Shown: positions 55,995-64,000 of the stretch, piece after piece | Position numbering within the stretch: the stretch's first letter is position 1 | How the letters are laid out: the number at the start of each line of letters is the position of its first letter | NCBI GenBank assembly: GCA_000004695.1 | Contig: CM000153.2 | Span: forward strand, 1,024,001 to 1,088,000 | Length of the DNA: 64,000 bases | Direction of reading: 5' to 3' | DNA from: Dictyostelium discoideum | Lineage: Eukaryota | The notes under the pieces: model-generated | The model's database searches: none | What the model was told of the DNA's origin: nothing | The model's input: the letters and a program-made list of their open reading frames with translations, nothing else | Translations under genes and position numbers: made by a program

Positions 55995-57769
55995 GTCAAC
56001 CAATTTCAACAGCTAAAAGATTATCAATTCAAAAACAACAACAAAAAAAAGATCAAGAAGAAAAAGAATTCCAAAAGAGACAACAAGAAAAAGAAAAAGA
56101 AAAAGAAGAAAAGGAAAAAGAAATTTTAAAACAAAAGGAGGAATTATTATCATCATTATCATCACCAAAAATAAATGGAACACCAATTAAATCATTACAA
56201 ACATCATTACCAAGAACACCAAATAAGGACTCACCATTAAAACTACAAGATCTTCATCAATCATCATCATCATCATCACCATCACCACTATTATATACAT
56301 CAACTGCAATTGCATCTCCAAAGAAATCTGCTACAACACCAACACCAACACCAACAACTCCAATGCAAGAATTGATGACATCAAAGCTTAGAGATACAAT
56401 TGATACTTATAGATCAAAGATTTCAGGATTAGAAGAGAAATTAGAATTATCAAACTTTGAAAATAATACATTGAAACAAGAGATTCAAGTCTTAAAAGGT
56501 AGATATGCTGTTGATACTTGTGCATTACTTGATATTATTAATGAACATGAAGTCACAATTGATTCTTTAAAAAAACAACTACAACAAAAAGAAACTGTTG
56601 TTCAACAAGAAGAACAAGATAGTATAATTCAAGAAAGGGATCCAATTGAGGAAACAGAAGATAGTGAAAAAGAACAATCAAAAAAATTAAATACTTCTTT
56701 TGAAAAACAAAAACAACAACAACAACAACAACAAAAACAACAACAACAATCATCAGATGATTCAAGTTCTGGAGAAGATGAAGAGGAGGATTCAGGTTCA
56801 GATTCATCAGAATATGATGAAGATGAAAAAATGATGTTAATTGAGAGATTGGAAGAAAAGGTACATGAACTTGAAAATGAAAAAGAAGATCTTCAACAAG
56901 AGATGTATGAATCTGAAGAATATTGTCAAAATTTACGTGAAAATAATAATCAAAAGTTAGAGACCATTGAAAAGTATAAATCAGAATTAAATGAATGCCA
57001 ATCATTGGTTTTATACTACAAGGAACAATTAACTCAAAAATCATTAGATTGTACAATCTATATGAATAAATTGACAGAAAAGAATGAAGAAATCCTTAAA
57101 CATAAGCAAAGAATTCAAAATTTCATTGATATGATGGAATTACAAAAACAATTAAATAATACTGCAAGTGTAATTTATTCAATGGATAATAATAATAATA
57201 ATAATAGTGGTAGTGGTAGTAATCCATCTTCACCATCATCATCATCATCTTTTAATATGTCACATTTTGCTCAACTTTCTCCATTAAGTAGATCAATGTC
57301 AGCAAATTCAAATGTAAATCAAACATTATCAACTACCTCATTATCATCTTCCACAACAACATCAGCATCAACATCAGCATCAACATCAGGAACATCTGCA
57401 ATAGTTGGAAAGAAACCAATACCACGTGGTTTATCAACAACACCAATTAAATCATTATCATCATCATCATTGTTATCATTGGCAGCAAATAATAATGCAA
57501 AGTCAAATGGTAACTCTGGTATTGTAACACCAAATAAATTATCATCATCAACAGTTGCTAAAAGACAATCATCTATTAATACACCAAATAATTCAAATGC
57601 CTTTAAATCACCAGCAATTAAAACACCAACATCAAGATTATCATCAAGACCTTCAAACACTGGTAACAATAATAATAATAGTTCAGTTTATCAAGTTCAA
57701 GCAGTTGGTAAATCTAAAACTCCAAGAAAAGTCATTCAATCACCAGCAACATTTAGTGATTACATTTAA
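55549..57769 (+). CDS. Coiled-coil / Ser-Thr-rich hypothetical protein; join(55549..55565,55645..57769), about 713 aa
   Basis: Track ORF 55718..57769 begins at a GTG (printed as M) with no in-frame ATG upstream within the exon. The proposed 17-nt first exon ATGGTTTTTGAAAATGG with GTAAGA donor (55566) and acceptor tctag| (55644) restores an ATG in frame. The central region is a K/E/Q-rich heptad-like coiled coil (LKQEIQVLKGRYAV..., EEKVHELENEKEDLQQEMYESEE...). The first exon is inferred. Confidence 0.55.
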
Positions 57770-57882
57770 ATATTTAAATTACTAAATAAAATAATAAAAA
57801 AATAAAAAAATAAAATAATAAAATAATAAAAGAGTGTATACTTTTTTTTTTTTAATAGTTTCATACAATATTAATTTTATTT

Positions 57883-59350
57883 TCAATCATCATTATTATT
57901 ATTATTATTACTATTATTATTATTTGATTGTTCAATAGCAGCAGTTGTAAATTTAATAATATTATTTGATAATGTAATTTCATCAGTTTCACCTAAACGT
58001 TGACCAGTTATACCTTCAGCATATAAATAATATTTATCAAGATCAGGATGTAACATACCTGCAAATTCTCTAACTTGAGTTCCTTGTGGTACTAACATAC
58101 AATCCCTAAGTATGCTACCACCAGATTTATCACATGATAAACTTTTTAAATTTTTAACAGGATAAACTGGTATGAATTTCTTTAATTCTACAGCTTCTTT
58201 TATTGCAGTTTGAATACCAGTTGAACCATATCTAAATAATACTAAATCTCTGAGTTTCTCTAATCTACCTTTTAATTTATCATCAGATTGTTTTAATTTT
58301 GTATTGATTTTCTCATTGTCACTACAATCATCATAGGTTTTAAAATTGTCGTCACCTTCTTTATATTCTATAAATCCTTGAGATTTCATTTTACGTAAGA
58401 AACATTCAGCTAATGCACTGGTTGGTATCATTGAATAGTCTGGATATTTTGAACAAATTCTTGAGATATTTAAATCTGATGTTGATTGATCAACTTTATT
58501 CAATGCTAAAACTGTTGGAAATCTAACATCTAAAAATGAATTTACAAATTTATGAACATCATCATCTGTCCACACTGATAAATTAATTGGTTCCCTTAAA
58601 TCTATATTCTCTAATGATTGTCTAACTACTGATATTCTTGTACCATATCCTGATAATTTCTTTTGTAATATTAAATCTGCTGGACTTTCTATTTATTTAT
58701 TTTTAAAAATTAATTAATTAAATTGAATTTATTTTATAAAAAAAAGGGGGGAGGGTCCATGCATAAAATTACTTTTCACCCCTCCCACTTTTTTTTTGAT
58801 ATTTAAATTTTTATATCCTTTTTGGCCAACTTTATTATTTTTTTTACTTACTTGTTGAAGCTTGTTTTCTAATTATATTACCCCATCTTTTCCAAAGATT
58901 ATTAAAAATCCAAGAATGAATTTCTTCTTTTAACCATTGAATATCATTTATTGGATCATAACCAGTGGTTTCTTCACCTTTTTCATTTGTATTACCAGAT
59001 ACATCAACGACATGAAGGAGTACATGAGCATGACGAAGATCATCGAGGAATTGATTTCCTAATCCTTTACCTTCTGATGCACCTGGTACTAATCCTGCAA
59101 CATCTAACATTTTCACTGGTATATTTCTATTACCATCTTTACATGATCCATATCTTGGTGAACATAATGAACTTTTATCATATTTTTTACATGGACATTC
59201 TGTTAAATAATATGCAACTCCTATATTTGGTTCAATCGTTGTGAATGGATAATTACCAACTTTTGCTGTAGAATCTGTTGCTGCATTTAAAAAACTACTC
59301 TTACCTGCTGATGGTTTACCAATACAACCAATAATTAATTCATGTGACAT
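57883..59350 (-). CDS. Obg-family P-loop GTPase with Cys-rich zinc-ribbon insertion and C-terminal TGS-like region (yeast YGR210C / archaeal-eukaryotic conserved type); complement(join(57883..58688,58852..59350)), 434 aa
   Basis: Exon 1 (MSHELIIGCIGKPSAGKSSFLNAATDSTAKVGNYPFTTIEPNIGVAYYLTECPCKKYDKSSLCSPRYGSCKDGNRNIPVKMLDVAGLVPGASEGKGLGNQFLDDLRHAHVLLHVVDVSG...WGNIIRKQAST) has the G1 motif GKPSAGKS, the G2 motif YPFTTIEPN, the G3 motif DVAGLV and a C-x-C...C...C insert, matching YGR210C almost motif-for-motif. The donor is ACA A|GTAAGT at 58851. The 163-nt intron ends aaatag| at 58689. Exon 2 starts K SPADLILQKKLSGYG... (cf. YGR210C [22 protein letters not shown]) and runs to the TGA at 57883. 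Confidence 0.85.
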
Positions 59351-59481
59351 ATTTCTTTTTTTTTTAATCTGAAAATGTTTTTGTGATCGTTTTTAAAAAT
59401 AAATTTTAAAAATAAATTTTTTTTTTTTTTTTTTTTTTTTCCATTTTTTTTTTTTTCTTTTTCTCAACACATTACCAAATC

Positions 59482-59520
<39 letters not shown>

Positions 59521-59585
59521 CTCAACACATTACCAAATCAAACACATTCGCAATTGCTTTTTTTTTTTTTTTTTTTTTAAAAAAA

Positions 59586-60380
59586 ATGAATAATAAAGAA
59601 TTAAAAAATTTTAATAATGAAAATCAAAATATTTTTTGGAAAGTAATACATAATAAAGTTTTATTTAATTTAATATTTTATTTTATAGAAAATGATGAAA
59701 CAATAAATCAAAATCATTTATTTTATCAACATTTTATTACAAATAATCTTGATTATTCAGATTTAAGAATTAAATTTAAAAATTTAAAAAATTTAAATTG
59801 GTTTGTTGAAAAAAATGAATATTCATTATTATTAGATAAATTAAAACATAATCAATATATAAATGTAACAACAGAATCATTAAAATTATTCCTTTCAAAA
59901 TGTGAAGATATTAAAATCATTGATTTAGTTTATAAATATTTAAATGATAAAAATTTATTACCATTTCAAAATTTAGCAGAAGAATCAATTTTAAGTGGTA
60001 ATAAAATTTCATTTGAATATTTTTATAATTATAATGATAATAATAATAATAATAATGATAATAATAAATTTATATCAATAATAAATCCAACAACTATTTT
60101 ATATTTATATGAAATTTGTTCAGATATTGAAATTATTAAATGTTTAATTAATAATTTAAAAAAAAGAAATCAATTTAAATTAATTTATAATGATTTTGTA
60201 AGAAAGAAAGCAATCTCTTACTCTTATTTAAATAAAAATTTACAAAAGAATATCCTTTTTCAATTCATTTTATCAAATGAAGAATTTTATTTTATTCCAC
60301 CTCAATTAATTCAACCATCAAATATAATTCAATCAAATACACCAATTATTTTACCTTCAAATTTAACAATTCCTCAATTA

Positions 60381-60413
<33 letters not shown>

Positions 60414-63242
60414 ATTAATAAAATTCCATTTGTTTATTATAAAGATTGTAATTATGAAACGAGAAAAAAGATATTACAATTAAATTTAGTTGAAAAAAAA
60501 GTAATTTATAATAGTTCAAAATTTGAAATTAAATTAAATGGTAAAAATCAAGATGAAGAAATTGATGAATTAAAAACAAGTATTCATGAATTTTTTCAAA
60601 TATTTGGTAAAAAGTATTTTCAAACACCAATTCATATATTAAAAAGAATTGAATTGATTGAATGTAATTATGATGGTGTTGGTGGTAGTGATGGTGATGG
60701 TGGTGGTGATGGTGGTTCTATTTCAAAATCTAATCAAATTAAAGAATTGATGGAAATTTTATTAATTGAATGTCAATTTGATTTTAATTTATTTAAAATT
60801 TATTATCAAAGATTTAATGATACAAAAGTATTAGATAAAACAGATTCAATAACTAATAATAAATTTTTATTATACTTATTTCAAACAATGGATTGTAATG
60901 GATTATTATATTTTACAAACAATCATATATCTGTAACATTAAATGAAAGGAATTCATATATAGCATCATCTAATAGTATTACAAGTGGTGGTGATGGTAA
61001 TAATTTAATAATTAAAATATTTAATCAAAATTATCCAATTTTTCAAATTAAATTATTAGAATCATTATTAGAAACTAGTGATGGTAGATATAGAATTATT
61101 GAATTTATTAAATTTTGTAATAATCAAGATTTAATTAAAATTGAGATATGGGATACATTAATTAGATATTTATTATATTCGAATAAATGTGATTGTAAAT
61201 TTTTAGATAAAATTATTTCAATCGATGGTTTCAATAAGAAATTAGTATTATTAAAATTAAAAAAACTGTCAAATCAAATTAGACCATTTGAAAAATATAA
61301 ATGGTATATTGAATCTGTTAAACAATTTATTAAACCACTTGAATATTTTGAATATAACAGTTTTTGGGAACGTAATGAAATTGAATCGATTGAACATGTT
61401 GATTACATTTTTGAAAATAAATTATCATCATTTTATACACAACAAGTTTTAAATGAAACAAATAATAAATTAATTGAAATTAATTTTAAAATCTTGGATA
61501 TCAATACTGCAAATCATTTTCATAATAAATTTCCATTCATATCAAAAGAACAAATTTATACAGATTGTTACATTAATGCATTAATTAATTGCACTGATTT
61601 AAAAACAATAGATTTAATAAATAATTTACAAGTTAATATAAAGTCAATACAATCAAAATTAAATTTTAATTCAAAATTAGAAGACTCAATTCAATTATTA
61701 ATATATTTATGTAATTATTGCAATAATTCATTATCATGGCAACCTGATTTCTTTTTTAATTTCTTTTATTCATTATTAAATTTTATTTTTAAAAATGATA
61801 ATTCAAATCACATCACTCAAGAATTATTAAAAGAAGTTTCATTTAATAATTTTTATTTTGAAAATTATAATTGTGAAATGATTTTATTATTATCAACATT
61901 TATTTTAGAATTAAATTTACAACAAGTTAAATTTTTAATATCAAGTTTTAATTTTAATTTTAATAATCAACAACAAATTCAGCCAATTAATATTTTTAAA
62001 ATATTTCCAAATCAACAACAACAACAACAAGATCATCACCATACTAATGATTTTAAATGTATTGTTGAAATGATGAATTACCTTTTAGATAATGTGGTAC
62101 CACCATCATCATCATCATCATCATTTTCACAAATAATATTATTTGATGAAATTTTTAATCATTTATTTAAAAGATTATTAATATCAAGTGATATTTCATT
62201 TAATGAAATTTTAACAATAAAATCATTTTTAATTTCAAATGGTATAAATTTAATTGATGATACACCATTTCATTTATTTAATTACCTTTTAATTAAATCA
62301 CCTTATTTTTTAAAATATATTTTAAAATCTCATCCAGAGGGTATAGAACTAGGTGAACATATATCAATTCAAAAAATAATGACATCAGAATTATTTAAAC
62401 CAGTTAATAATGATAATAATGTAGAAAATCAATCATTTATTTTTAATTCAAAGTTTTTTACACTCGATTCAATTATAAAAAGTAGTTTTAATCAATTATT
62501 TCAATTATTATCTTCACTATACTATTCAAATTGGTTAAGTAGAGGTTTAGATAGAAATAATTTCGATTTTAAATTTATATTATCGATTGGTAAATTTGAT
62601 TTAATGTCTGAAATGTTATTAAAAAAACAGTTTAAACCATTTCCAATAATGATACCACAAATTTTAAAACTACAAGATATTAAATTAATTAAATTATATA
62701 TAACTAGTTTAATAGAATATTATCAAAATAATGATAATAATAATAACAATATACATGTATATAGATTACTTTTAGAAGCAATCAAAACATCAAATTTATC
62801 AATTACACAAATAATTTTAGAGAATTTTAATGAATTTAATTTGGATATTGAAACATTGGATAAAACAATTAAAGACACCATTAACCTTTTTGAAAAAACT
62901 GATTCTCAACTTATCACCTACATATTTAAACATCATTTACATCTATTTAAATTTAATAATAATAATGATAATAATAATAATACCTCATATAAAAAGATTT
63001 TTGAGCAATTTTTCATCAATGGTTCAATAGAAGTAACTCAACTATTTTTTGAAATGTTCCCTTCTCAATCATCCAAAGATTTAGAAATCACTAAAGATAT
63101 GATATCAATAGCCCTTAATCGTAAAAATATTAATATTATTAAATATTTTTATCAAAATGGTAAAATTTCAAAAATTCCACTTATCAATCATATTAAAGAA
63201 TCTTTAAAAAATGAATTGGATCTTATTGACTGGTTAGAATAA
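59586..63242 (+). CDS. Hypothetical large Asn/Ile/Lys-rich protein, 1218 aa, no recognisable domain
   Basis: A single uninterrupted 3.66-kb ORF with an extremely AT-rich codon composition (MNNKELKNFNNENQNIFWKVIHNKVLFNLIFYFIENDE...). There are repeated FxxN/LxxL-type hydrophobic periodicities but no motif I can assign. It is likely lineage-specific. Confidence 0.6.
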
Positions 63243-63507
63243 AAAAAAAAAAAAATGAAAAAAAAAAAATTAATAAGTTTTATTTGTTTTTATTTTTTTT
63301 TTTTTTTTTAATTATCTCTTTATCATATGTCTATAGTAATCAAAAGATATTCCTAATATTATACCTTTATAAATTAAACAAAAAAAAAAATAATAATAAA
63401 AATAATAATAATATTATTATAATTATTTTTTATTGTATTTTTTTTTTTTTATTGTTTTGTTTTGTTTTATTTTTTTTAAAAAAACAGCATGAAATTAATA
63501 AATTTTT

Positions 63508-63756
63508 TTAAAAGTATTTTGATTCTGCGATGTTGTTGGATTTAATGTAATCACCAAAAAGTGTAACTAATTCTGATTTATATGAATCCCATTCTTCATT
63601 ATTTGTTGAGGAAGTTGGGTTTATTCTTTGTGAAATTTCTTTTAATGATTCTTTGATTTGTGGAGTAATTCTAGCACGACTATCAGAGGTGATTAAATCG
63701 AAATGACGAGCAACTTGTACGTTAAATTCTTCTTGTGAGATTGTTGAGTAGTTCAT
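63508..63756 (-). CDS. Hypothetical small protein, 82 aa
   Basis: Track ORF MNYSTISQEEFNVQVARHFDLITSDSRARITPQIKESLKEISQRINPTSSTNNEEWDSYKSELVTLFGDYIKSNNIAESKYF. GC content is moderately higher than the flanks, and no splice donor is evident at the 3' end. The function is unknown. Confidence 0.4.
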   Translation of the reverse strand: MNYSTISQEEFNVQVARHFDLITSDSRARITPQIKESLKEISQRINPTSSTNNEEWDSYKSELVTLFGDYIKSNNIAESKYF

Positions 63757-63815
63757 TTTTGTTATTTTAAAGTTTCTTTTTTTTGATAATAAAATTTTTT
63801 TTTTTTTTTTTTCTT

Positions 63816-63860
<45 letters not shown>

Positions 63861-64000
63861 ATTTAAAAATTGGAAAGGTAATCGAAAATAAATTTCATTG
63901 TTCATTAACTCATAAAAATAGGTTGGAATTTAATCCATTTGCAAAATTGGTACAAAAAAAAATATTTTCCCCCCTTTTCCTGAAAATGTTTTTTGAAAAA

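Overview
This window is very AT-rich eukaryotic nuclear DNA (roughly 20-25% GC) with the typical look of Dictyostelium discoideum: long A/T homopolymer intergenic tracts, (AAT)n/(CAA)n codon repeats giving poly-Asn and poly-Gln, and short AT-rich GT..AG introns. I resolved about 25 protein-coding genes by hand on both strands. Many have 2-4 exons and small introns that the six-frame track splits or runs through. Calls with clear family signatures: two tandem paralogs of a PLP-dependent group II decarboxylase plus a decayed third copy; an SDR oxidoreductase; an SLC25A32/Flx1-like mitochondrial carrier; TIM14/Pam18; URM1; ribosomal protein L26; Atg4; a Cdc25-type rhodanese phosphatase; Golgi pH regulator (GPR89/GPHR); DNA ligase III with an extra macro-like module; a BRPF-like EPL1-PZP-bromodomain protein; mitochondrial ribosomal protein L9; an inositol hexakisphosphate-kinase family kinase; TIM22; a YGR210C-type Obg-family GTPase; and an RRM+Rad52-motif protein. 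There are also several low-complexity hypothetical proteins and a 3'-partial large gene at the left edge. I found no rRNA, tRNA, CRISPR array or intact transposon. A 100-N assembly gap lies at 34500..34599 inside a ~4 kb gene-free, low-complexity stretch whose flanks look like low-quality sequence. The most unusual features are the decarboxylase tandem array with its pseudogene, and a few small GC-rich structured islands in noncoding DNA, two of which share an exact 19-mer. Exon boundaries come from manual frame and splice-site reasoning and may be off by a few bases. The ORF track appears to allow GTG starts printed as M.
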